DNA of 64,000 nucleotides from an uncultured virus (IMG/VR IMGVR_UViG_3300032038_000054) (lineage: Duplodnaviria > Heunggongvirae > Uroviricota > Caudoviricetes). This document shows positions 30,207-38,398 of this stretch, one piece after another. The position numbers and the translations under genes were made by a program. Position 1 is the first letter of the stretch; the number at the start of each line of letters is the position of its first letter. The notes beneath the pieces are model-generated. The model was not told the origin of the DNA and ran no database searches. It saw only the letters and a list, made by a program, of their open reading frames with translations. Location: the IMG/VR virus record IMGVR_UViG_3300032038_000054; one strand, given 5' to 3'.

Positions 30207-30533
30207 TCATGCGTTCTCGCTTTCTGCCCTATAAGGTTCGGGTAACGGCATCCAAGCGACTACATCCTGCCGAGCGAACCAATTCTTATCGCTATACCAA
30301 CAGGTTTTTGAATATCTTCTTAAGTGGTCGTTCTTCACGCTTACGAGATATAGCCCATCTTTTTTAGGCAATCCCTCGGCAACAGGAGTCCATTTTTGCT
30401 CTTGCTCTAATGCTTTGATGTTTTCCTTAAGCCAATTCACATCATTTTGAGTGAGATATGATACGGCATCATCTCCGTTATCTAGTTCAGATAGGAGGCA
30501 ATTGATTTCATTGATAATCTCTTTTCTTGTCAT
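30207..30533 (-). CDS. DUF551-like domain protein
   Basis: WTPVAEGLP...VVAWMPLPEPY. Confidence 0.75.
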   Translation of the reverse strand: MTRKEIINEINCLLSELDNGDDAVSYLTQNDVNWLKENIKALEQEQKWTPVAEGLPKKDGLYLVSVKNDHLRRYSKTCWYSDKNWFARQDVVAWMPLPEPYRAESENA

Positions 30534-30788
30534 CCCTCATTATCCTTTCCTGCGGCTTTCAGTCTTGATAAAATAGGCTTCCGTATGCACCATATTGTAC
30601 AAGCACTCTGCCAACATTATAGTAATGCTCGGTAGTTACAATAAGTGTTCCGTCCTTTTCAAGTACAGGCTCTTGCTTTAGTGCTTTAATTGCCGCGTTT
30701 AACGTGTCAAGCCACTCTTGCGTGTGTAAACCATCGCGCGCACAATCTTCGTATTCATCCATTAGCATTTCTATCTGTTCTCTTCTTG

Positions 30789-31199
30789 TCATTTCTTATC
30801 TCCACCCTTCATCTTATATTTATCAATAGTCGTTAATACATCGGTTAATACTTCGCAAACTATATGTTCTTTTTCATATCCTTCATCATACATCCACTTT
30901 CCCGATAGCGGGAACATGGCTTTTATTTTTACTATTATCTTGTCAAGAACCTCAATATCATATGGGTTTGACAACTCGTTTAGCCCTAGAAGCCAATTTG
31001 CCGAAACATCAAAATTTTTACAAATTTTCACTATTTCATCAGACCTAAGAGGGCGTTTATTATTAATAATTTTCCAAGCAGTATATTTCGTAACGCACAA
31101 CATATCCGCAAATGACTGTTGTGTTACATTGTATTTATTAAGCAATTGTTTCAATCTGGTATCATTTCTCATTCTCATCACTTTTTCACACCCTCTCAA
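30789..31199 (-). CDS. XRE-family HTH fused to an array module
   Basis: RLKQLL...TQQSFADML...ICKNFDVSANWLLG, then VLDKI...IDKYK. Confidence 0.7.
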   Translation of the reverse strand: MRGCEKVMRMRNDTRLKQLLNKYNVTQQSFADMLCVTKYTAWKIINNKRPLRSDEIVKICKNFDVSANWLLGLNELSNPYDIEVLDKIIVKIKAMFPLSGKWMYDEGYEKEHIVCEVLTDVLTTIDKYKMKGGDKK

Positions 31200-31485
31200 A
31201 CCTCCCTACACATTTTATCGAAAGCCTCATTTACAGTTTTTACAAACTTTTTAGCTATCTGATAAGTGTCCTCACAAAAAAGGAATCCTCTCATGCTTAC
31301 TTCCTTTTTATCATGCACTACTCCAAGTTCCTCGTCATACAAATAATTATTTCCTATTTTTATTTTAAACTCACCCGCACCGCCGTTTTTCAAAACAGTC
31401 AGATAATCAACTAATTCGTTTACTGTCATAGGTTCACACTTTTCTAATACCATATTTCGCTCCTTTCAAAGTCCTTTATACAAAA

Positions 31486-31517
31486 ACAATGTTACCCTAA
31501 AAGGGTAACATTGTCAA
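31486..31517 (-). promoter_or_regulatory. Promoter-operator repeat, copy 2
   Basis: TTGACA-17-TAACAT; perfect arms ACAATGTTACCCT/AGGGTAACATTGT. Confidence 0.78.
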
Positions 31518-31522
31518 TATCA

Positions 31523-31738
31523 TTATTCACTTTTTCCTACAAATTCATCTACGAAAATCAAAGGCGCGGATTTTTCCATTCTATGTTCAGTTTTTACTTT
31601 CGTCTTTTTTGATTTATTTAGTTTTGCCATTTCACACTTTTTTGGACTGACACTCGCGCATGGCATAACATTGAGACCACATACAGGTATACCACACAGC
31701 TTCACCATGTACGGGCATCCACCTACACTCTCCGCCAT
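31523..31738 (-). CDS. Cys-rich hypothetical protein
   Basis: ORF track; GAGG RBS. Confidence 0.55.
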   Translation of the reverse strand: MAESVGGCPYMVKLCGIPVCGLNVMPCASVSPKKCEMAKLNKSKKTKVKTEHRMEKSAPLIFVDEFVGKSE

Positions 31739-32149
31739 TACAATACCTCTCTAATACCATACCACATCCCTACACAAAGCGCCTCTATTTTCCCTTCAAC
31801 ACGTCCAATAAATCTTTAAACGGAACTTTGTAAATCTTTTTCTTACCACATTTATAGCATACTTTTATCATGTAAAAAATATTGTTCTTATCTATGTAAA
31901 CTTTAGTATCTTCATCTCTGAATCGACAACCACCACTCAGAAAACATCTTACTCTGTTCATTTGTGCCTCCTGCAAAGTTCGCTTTAATATGTCTCTACT
32001 CCTTATAGTTGCTCCGCACTCTGACGGCTTCACATACCAAAACTGTGAAAATCTAAGGCGTGTTATATTTCATTTCTATGCGTGAGTATTTATGTAACAC
32101 TCACGCTAATTAGACGCTTGCTGTTTACTCTGTCCACGAGAACAGCTAG

Positions 32150-32250
32150 TAAGTGGGCAAGGATTTGAACCTTACATGATTGAACTCCCACAACCGCAAC
32201 AGTCGGTGTCAATCTTATGTGTAAGCGTCTACCTCATTCCGCCACCACTT
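32150..32250 (-). ncRNA. Non-canonical tRNA-like RNA A
   Basis: AAGTGG/CCACTT acceptor, TGGCGGAATGAGGTAGACGC D-arm, GTAAGG-TTCAAAT-CCTTGC T-arm; no canonical anticodon arm. Confidence 0.7.
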
Positions 32251-32395
32251 TTCTTTTTAATGCCCTATAAGCTCTGTCCGTTCCTTGCAGAACCATTTTA
32301 CAACCTTTGCACATAGCATCGGCGTTACTGTTTATCCCTACTTCTGGGATATCAGCTAATAAATCTTGGTTCTCAAAATAGCACTTGATAAGTGA

Positions 32396-32950
32396 TTATG
32401 GAATATATTCACCATCATAATCTGTTAATACGGGATAACCCTGTTGACATACTTTATGGAATTCATCAAGACCTTTATCTCTTATTATTTCAAGAAAATA
32501 GACAATTAACTTTTCTGTCTCTGGATGAAAATGTCTGCCTTTTCTTACTTTGTTGAAATAATTAAGCGGTTCATCTTGTGTCCATTTTGCATTGCTATAT
32601 ACTTTACCTGCACCAATCCAATCACAGACCATTTCTATAACATATTTTGATGGCATTTTATTTGCAATAATATTGCCGTTATCATCAAAATCTGTCCACC
32701 ATTCCCAATGATGTTTATTTACACCTTTGTGATGCAACCATGCCATAGAATAACCACAATCTTCTTTTTCTGCCTCAATAGGACTTCTGTTTCCTTGAAA
32801 ATATTTTGCAGATGCAAAAAATTCTATAGCACTAAACTTTGATAAATCATGCGTAATACCCTGCCATATTATGCCACAAGATTTGCATTCTTGATATACA
32901 ACCATTTTATGCTTACATATTGTTTTTAAATGTTTCCATTTTGCTCCTAT
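32396..32950 (-). CDS. DUF5662-like (HD-type) protein; probable ATA start at 32950
   Basis: GITHDLSKFS, AWLHHKGVNKHHWEWW, EMVCDWIGAG; frame is open upstream of the annotated Met up to an AGGAGG RBS. Confidence 0.75.
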   Translation of the reverse strand: MGAKWKHLKTICKHKMVVYQECKSCGIIWQGITHDLSKFSAIEFFASAKYFQGNRSPIEAEKEDCGYSMAWLHHKGVNKHHWEWWTDFDDNGNIIANKMPSKYVIEMVCDWIGAGKVYSNAKWTQDEPLNYFNKVRKGRHFHPETEKLIVYFLEIIRDKGLDEFHKVCQQGYPVLTDYDGEYIP

Positions 32951-33150
32951 GATTACCCCTCCTCATTTACTCATACGATTGAGCCTTACGGCTCACTGTC
33001 CGCGCTGTAGCGCCATTTTTGATGCCCTGTAAGCACTGTTTTGCTTCGTCTTTACTGCGCCGTAATCTTGAACTGTTCACCGTAATATTCTATCCTTTTA
33101 AATTTTAGCTTACCGTACCAAGCGCTTCGCATTTGTTGGTATCTTTGTTT

Positions 33151-33306
33151 TTGACACTCCCCATGCCTAAAGGTAGGGGATTCTTGCTTCATCCACTTAC
33201 CGCGCTAACCCGAAAGGTTCAACGTCTTACATTGTGTCCACAAGCGTATATTCGGGTATGTCCTACCCTATTTGCCACTGTCTTAGGCTAGTGACAGCCC
33301 TTTGTT
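33151..33306 (-). ncRNA. Orphan TnpB omega-RNA / IS right end with no tnpB and no left end
   Basis: Aligns to 46976..47130 with 11 substitutions and 1 indel by hand count; ends GGGGAGTGTCAA. Confidence 0.85.
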
Positions 33307-33326
33307 GTCGCGCCCATTTCAGCAAT

Positions 33327-33449
33327 TCTGCGGGTAAGGATTTGAACCTTACATGATATGATTTCCTTCAAAAACAACAGTTTCTTTTATCACAAAGACT
33401 TGTATCATATCTTCTGTCAAAAGCGTCTACCTATTCCAGCCACCGCATA
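33327..33449 (-). ncRNA. Non-canonical tRNA-like RNA B
   Basis: TGCGG/CCGCA acceptor, TGGCTGGAATAGGTAGACGC D-arm, GTAAGG-TTCAAAT-CCTTAC T-arm; long branched insert. Confidence 0.7.
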
Positions 33450-33451
33450 AA

Positions 33452-33646
33452 TTATTTAATTCTCACCAATGTTCTTTTAATATCATTGGCTACATTCTCT
33501 TTATTTGAAGCTACTATTGCTTCAATCACGTCCATAGGCTCACATCTACAGCTATGACAAACTAAATCTATTATTTTCTCTGGTTCTGACATTCCGTCGT
33601 CAAGCTTTTTATGTGTCTCTACAATTTTTCTTTGAATCTCAGTCAT
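33452..33646 (-). CDS. Hypothetical protein (start MTEIQ)
   Basis: GAAAGGA RBS; the longer ORF call starts inside the IscB element end. Confidence 0.6.
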   Translation of the reverse strand: MTEIQRKIVETHKKLDDGMSEPEKIIDLVCHSCRCEPMDVIEAIVASNKENVANDIKRTLVRIK

Positions 33647-33717
33647 AAATAAAATCCTTTCGTCTTCGTAGGCGAAACCCATAAGCAAGCTCATGGAAGA
33701 AAGCCTTGTGGGTATAC

Positions 33718-34956
33718 CTATATAGCAATCCGCTTTTCTGTTAAATATCTGCCCCGTGGTTCAAGCAATCTCATGTTCTTGTAACCTACGGATGCATTTA
33801 AACGTGTTCCATCTAAAAGTCTTAAATCCATACGTCCTGTTATCCGTCTGCCAAAAATAAAACACTCTATACGATTCCACAGAACTTTGTCAAACAATCT
33901 GAAACCTTTAACCAAATATTCAGCTTGATTACGTTTCCTATAGCCGCCCTTCTGAATAGTATTTTTATGTATCTGCCTGTTGTGACAACGTACTTTCTTT
34001 TGGTAAAAAACATATCCTAGTGGCTTCGCTAATGAATTGCCACTAATACACCTCGCATCAATGTAATGTTCTTTTGGCAAGCCATGTTCTATACGCTTAT
34101 TCTTTGTAATATATCCATATGTCATGTGTACATTCGGATATGTTTCTTTAAGTTTGTTATAGAAAGTCCACCGCATAATTCCCATAAAAGCAGAATCTTT
34201 AAAACTAGCGCCACGCTTAATTGACTTAGGTAGTTGTACATTCCCTTTATGGTACTGAATGTGGCAATATTCACAAAGCGTTACTAAATTATTTGGTGCA
34301 TCACCACCTGTCTTTCGGCTTTCAATATGATGGACATTCAGTATATTGTCTTTTGATTTACCTTTACAGCATTGGCAAGTATGGTTATCACGCCATAACA
34401 CATATTCTCTGACATTCCAAAAATCTAACTGTTCGCCTTGCTGATATTCAACTCCTTGTATATTTGGATTTTTAATCTTCTGAATATCAAATTGTGCTGT
34501 TTCCACAGTAATCTTAGTTATTGGAAGTATCTTATGCACATTTGCAATTACTGTAAGGTGAGTATTAATCTTTTCTTTGATGCTTGGTGCAAGCCATCCA
34601 TCACCTCTACGTCTATTGTCAAATCTAGCCTTGCGATATCTAATCTTGCGGTTACGTCTCGCCCTACGATTTTCCCTACGAGTGGATAACAGCTCAACAA
34701 TGTCGTTACGAAGTTTCACATCTGCTTCATAAAGAACTTTATCCTCTGTTGTAGCTGAAACTCCGATGTGTTTACTTCCTGCATCAATTCCAAGACTAAT
34801 AGGTTGCGTATAATTTGTGCCTTTATACAAAAGTTGTATTGTAAACGGACAACGTTTAATGACTTTAGCTTTACCATCTTCAAGAAGATGCCTAACCTTT
34901 CCATACCGATTAGTCGGCATTAGTGGCTGTCCGTCTGCGTTTAACACGTATACCAT
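33718..34956 (-). CDS. iscB: RNA-guided endonuclease IscB
   Basis: PLMP N-terminus, GIDAGS (RuvC-I), RRxRR bridge helix, VETAQFD (RuvC-II), HNH VHHI...NLVTLCEYCH, HYIDA (RuvC-III). Confidence 0.95.
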   Translation of the reverse strand: MVYVLNADGQPLMPTNRYGKVRHLLEDGKAKVIKRCPFTIQLLYKGTNYTQPISLGIDAGSKHIGVSATTEDKVLYEADVKLRNDIVELLSTRRENRRARRNRKIRYRKARFDNRRRGDGWLAPSIKEKINTHLTVIANVHKILPITKITVETAQFDIQKIKNPNIQGVEYQQGEQLDFWNVREYVLWRDNHTCQCCKGKSKDNILNVHHIESRKTGGDAPNNLVTLCEYCHIQYHKGNVQLPKSIKRGASFKDSAFMGIMRWTFYNKLKETYPNVHMTYGYITKNKRIEHGLPKEHYIDARCISGNSLAKPLGYVFYQKKVRCHNRQIHKNTIQKGGYRKRNQAEYLVKGFRLFDKVLWNRIECFIFGRRITGRMDLRLLDGTRLNASVGYKNMRLLEPRGRYLTEKRIAI

Positions 34957-34964
34957 AATCGGTA

Positions 34965-35234
34965 TTCCTTTCCTGTGAACTTAATCACATAATTCAGTTC
35001 CATACTGAACTGTAATGATACCTTCGCCAATGTTAATGAGAGGTTTTATATATCTACAACACTATTCCTATACCACAGAATTGTTTAATCACAGACCTTA
35101 GAACTACAAGCTAGGTATTATACTCGTAGGTAACTATATATTCTCTCTTAACGTAGTTCAGCCAATAGGCTTCACTTAGGCTACTCACTCTGGGTTGTTA
35201 GACAACCCCACGGCTTGCCGTGGGTATTAGTGAG
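34965..35234 (-). ncRNA. IscB omega-RNA (HEARO-like) scaffold
   Basis: About 270 nt non-coding, upstream of iscB, with CTCAC/GTGAG stem, TAGCCTAAG, ACTACGTT and AACATTGGCGAAG motifs. Confidence 0.8.
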
Positions 35235-35448
35235 GCTTGCTCATGCCTAGCGTGTTCAAATACTCCTCAGACCAAAAAGGATAAGGCTCTAAATCACTTT
35301 CATCTTTCCTTAGTCCATAACTTTTTATAAGCTCATCTAAATAATTCGCCACCAAATCACTCAACACTTCTGAAACATCTAGCGAATAGATTTCACACGT
35401 CTCTTCAATTTGTCTTTTTACCGAATCTTCAACTTCTACATTACACAT
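35227..35448 (-). CDS. Hypothetical protein whose 3' end runs into the IscB element
   Basis: ORF track; the stop codon falls inside the omega-RNA scaffold start. Confidence 0.6.
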   Translation of the reverse strand: MCNVEVEDSVKRQIEETCEIYSLDVSEVLSDLVANYLDELIKSYGLRKDESDLEPYPFWSEEYLNTLGMSKPH

Positions 35449-35458
35449 AATGTTCCTT

Positions 35459-35632
35459 TCAGTCGATTTTTCCTTCGTATCTCAAGACCTTTTCCATTAG
35501 CGTCAATAAATAATTTACTGGCTTTGTCGCGCCTTGCTCCCAATTTCTTATTGTCTTTCTAGGTATTCCAAGATACTCAGAAAATTCCTGTCTTGTCATT
35601 TTTGATTCTTCTCTCATTTTTCTAACATCCAT
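35459..35632 (-). CDS. Small XRE-family HTH regulator (57 aa)
   Basis: Read by hand: MDVRKMREESKMTRQEFSEYLGIPRKTIRNWEQGATKP...; below the ORF-track length cut-off. Confidence 0.8.
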   Translation of the reverse strand: MDVRKMREESKMTRQEFSEYLGIPRKTIRNWEQGATKPVNYLLTLMEKVLRYEGKID

Positions 35633-35653
35633 TTACATATCCTCACTTATAAT

Positions 35654-35685
35654 ACAATATTACCCTTATTAGGCACTATTGTCAA
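35654..35685 (-). promoter_or_regulatory. Promoter-operator repeat, copy 3 (degenerate)
   Basis: TTGACA-17-TAATAT; ACAATATTACCCT...AGGCACTATTGT. Confidence 0.65.
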
Positions 35686-35691
35686 TTATAT

Positions 35692-37590
35692 TCACACCAT
35701 TTCTACAAATTTTTTCTGCATCAAATCGTATGCTCTTGAAATTTCTCTTTCTATCACATCGTTTTTATTTATACGCTCATGCGTTATCGCATCATCAAAT
35801 GTAATGATTGCTCTGACTTTAATCTTAACCCCTTCTTTTTCCTTAATCTTTTTCACAGGGTTTCCGCGCCCTAAAATTTCTTTCCATTGTTTTATTATCT
35901 TGTCGTTATTAAACTCATACTCAAACTTGCCTTTCAACTGATTGCTGAATATTTTTTCCACATCGAACTTATCATTTATTTCCCATGGAATTTTATATCC
36001 ATTTTCGCCTTCTTTAAAATTCAATTCGGGCAATACTTCCAAATCAGTTACCAATACAGGTATTCCAAGCTCAAGAGCTTCAACCAAAGAATAACAAAAA
36101 CCTTCGTGGTCTGATAACTGTGCTAAGTAATCAGCACTTTTTATATAAGGCGCAATATCAAGAGTAGGTTTTAAAAATGTTATGTTGGTTGCTCCTTGAA
36201 TCGGAGAATCGCAAAAGCACAACCAAACAAACGGAATATTGCGCTTTCTCAAAAGATTAGAGAGCGCTACCATTCTCTTTTGCCCTTTTTCATTAGTGCC
36301 AGTTCTCGTAGCAGAGACAATAATAATAGCCTTTTTAACATCTTTTGGCGCAGTTAAGTTATGTATAGTTTTATAATCCTTTTTGAAATCTAAATAAGAT
36401 TTTGCAACAGCCTCCGAAACAGGAACAAGGTAGTCATTGTCTTTTGGAATTACAAGAGCCTCATCCCACTTACATGAATGAACCATCTGTACTTTCTGTC
36501 TGTAAAAAACATTCTTCGGAGAATCGTCTGTTATTCTATTTACAATAAGCGTATCGCATTCGATATACGTAGATAAATCGTTTCTCTCTACCCTTGCAAA
36601 CTCCTTTAATCTAGCTTTCTGCTTTTCATCTATAATTTTATACAAGACCGTTATATCATAGCTTGGTGACATTTGCTTGCAAAAATTATAAATAAATGTT
36701 TCTATTCCACCTATTTCAAATGTTTTTTCCGTCCATATCACAATGTCTGTTTTTATCGGCATTACAACTCTTGTGAACAAGTTTGTCGGATAACCTCTTA
36801 ATTCCGTTCCATGTATTTTTCTTGGCGGCATTACTAAGGCATACTCACTTAACTTCGGAATGTTGTTCTGGTTAGTCATAAGTATTATTTCAGCCACTTT
36901 ATTGAGTTCCCTAAATTCTGAAATAAGGAATGTCATGGCTTCGGTTACTATAGGGAAATAGTATATTACTCTTCGAGTTCTCAAAAGTCCTTTCTGAAAT
37001 CTTTTTGTCAAAGAATCGGGTGTATTAGTCCTGTAAAAATACATAAATTCCGATATAAAAGCTTTCTTACCTTTGCTCTCGTCGATTTTCTTGATAAATT
37101 CTGCATCTTCTCCAATTGATTTATTAGGATTAAACCTAACATTCCCTATAAAGCTCTTTTTGTAAACTCTATTCCATACACATTGATTAGTCGCAGGAAA
37201 CTTATCATCAATAGTTTTTATTTCAACTACTGTTTGTCCTCCGTCAGAAAACGTTTTCCACGACATGTAGCAATAATCAAAAGCTGTTTTTTCGATTTCA
37301 TCCAAGATAAGTTTAATATAATTATCAGACACTAAATCATCTGAATCTATAAACGATATATATTCCCCATGAGATTTGCTTATGCCTGTATTTCTAGCCT
37401 CGCTAACCCCTTTATTGCTTTGATAATAAAAATTCACCCATTCATAATTGCTTTTTAATTTAGGACAAGAGCCATCATCAACAACAATCACCTCTACCTT
37501 ATCATTTACTTGAGGAGCTAAACAATCAAGTAATTCGCTTAAATAAGGCTCTGAATTATACGCAGGAATTATCACGGTTAATTTTTTCAT
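35692..37590 (-). CDS. Two-domain glycosyltransferase (GT2 plus GT-B/GT4-like)
   Basis: VIIPAYN, VVDDGS, NKGVSEARN, FIDSDD; then IGGIETF and EGFCYSLVEALELGIPVLVTD. Confidence 0.88.
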   Translation of the reverse strand: MKKLTVIIPAYNSEPYLSELLDCLAPQVNDKVEVIVVDDGSCPKLKSNYEWVNFYYQSNKGVSEARNTGISKSHGEYISFIDSDDLVSDNYIKLILDEIEKTAFDYCYMSWKTFSDGGQTVVEIKTIDDKFPATNQCVWNRVYKKSFIGNVRFNPNKSIGEDAEFIKKIDESKGKKAFISEFMYFYRTNTPDSLTKRFQKGLLRTRRVIYYFPIVTEAMTFLISEFRELNKVAEIILMTNQNNIPKLSEYALVMPPRKIHGTELRGYPTNLFTRVVMPIKTDIVIWTEKTFEIGGIETFIYNFCKQMSPSYDITVLYKIIDEKQKARLKEFARVERNDLSTYIECDTLIVNRITDDSPKNVFYRQKVQMVHSCKWDEALVIPKDNDYLVPVSEAVAKSYLDFKKDYKTIHNLTAPKDVKKAIIIVSATRTGTNEKGQKRMVALSNLLRKRNIPFVWLCFCDSPIQGATNITFLKPTLDIAPYIKSADYLAQLSDHEGFCYSLVEALELGIPVLVTDLEVLPELNFKEGENGYKIPWEINDKFDVEKIFSNQLKGKFEYEFNNDKIIKQWKEILGRGNPVKKIKEKEGVKIKVRAIITFDDAITHERINKNDVIEREISRAYDLMQKKFVEMV

Positions 37591-38398
37591 ACAACTCATC
37601 AAGTTCGTCTCCATATCTTCCGAAAAACCATTGTTCAAATTTATCAAACTCTTTTACACGCTCATAGTTATAATCTATCGCTTTGCTTCTCTTTCCGTAC
37701 TCCCAATGCGGATTAATCAAAATCTTATCTACAATCTTAGGAATGTCGTTTATATTATCAACCCTTACTATTCCTTCTTCATCAAATAATCGCCCAATAT
37801 TTCTCGCTCCGTAATATATCGGCACACACTTATTCGCAAAAGCGTTCCCGATTTTTTCTGTAAACCACCAGTCATCAAGATAATTTTCTATGCATATCGA
37901 AAACTTATATTCCTCGTATATTTGTGCAGTAGTCACATAACTACCGCCATCATAAGTTCCCATACAGTCTACTTTATCTTCCAACTCTTTGCAAAGCGCT
38001 TTTCTTATTATGTGTTGCGCACACATCTCCTTGTCAGAAGAACAAAAAGATATGTTTTTCAGTTTATTCCATCTGCTGTCATTCCAGTTGCCAAGCCCTT
38101 CTTGACCGCCTCCCCACAGAATCAGTCTTGAATTAGGCAATAATGATAACAACTGAGAATCATGGGTAAATACCATTGCAAACTCTTTACCGTTATATTC
38201 CATCCATCTATACAACTCTGGATTTAAAGACCTCGGTTCTATCAAAATAGCTATAGCCTTAGATTTATCTATACCCTTTTCCCTCATCGCAATATAATCC
38301 ACTAGGCAAGTAATATACTTTTCACCTTTAACCATATTGTGATTTGGAAAATGGTCATATGGGCTATACATCTTAAGCCTCATTTTAATACCTCTCAT
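37556..38398 (-). CDS. GT10-like (alpha-1,3/4-fucosyltransferase-type) glycosyltransferase
   Basis: YKFSICIEN...FTEKI...CVPIYYGA motif. Confidence 0.8.
   Translation of the reverse strand: MRGIKMRLKMYSPYDHFPNHNMVKGEKYITCLVDYIAMREKGIDKSKAIAILIEPRSLNPELYRWMEYNGKEFAMVFTHDSQLLSLLPNSRLILWGGGQEGLGNWNDSRWNKLKNISFCSSDKEMCAQHIIRKALCKELEDKVDCMGTYDGGSYVTTAQIYEEYKFSICIENYLDDWWFTEKIGNAFANKCVPIYYGARNIGRLFDEEGIVRVDNINDIPKIVDKILINPHWEYGKRSKAIDYNYERVKEFDKFEQWFFGRYGDELDELYEKINRDNSCV

Larger units (their letters stand above)
26526..31453 (-). other. Array of about 16 short modular genes with shared start, end and linker motifs
   Basis: Repeated MTREEA/MTRKE/MTRRE starts, KALEQEP linkers and (K/R)AESE(G) ends; mostly overlapping or closely spaced start/stop codons. 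Confidence 0.8.
33665..35234 (-). mobile_element. IscB-encoding IS200/IS605 element with no tnpA; boundaries approximate
   Basis: Subterminal hairpins CCCACGGCAAGCCGTGGG (upstream) and CCATGAGCTTGCTTATGG (downstream). Confidence 0.75.

Noticed and set aside
32100..32149. HDV-like (theta) ribozyme 3' of tRNA-like RNA A
   Set aside because: CTGT-TCTCGTGG-ACAG is suggestive, but I could not build the P1/P2 pseudoknot by hand
32150..33449. Canonical tRNA-Leu or tRNA-Asn genes
   Set aside because: No 5-bp anticodon stem after the D arm, a 6-bp T stem and oversize inserts; reported as tRNA-like instead
33647..33694. N-terminal extension of ORF 33452..33694
   Set aside because: It starts in the IscB element end hairpin; a better RBS precedes the ATG at 33646
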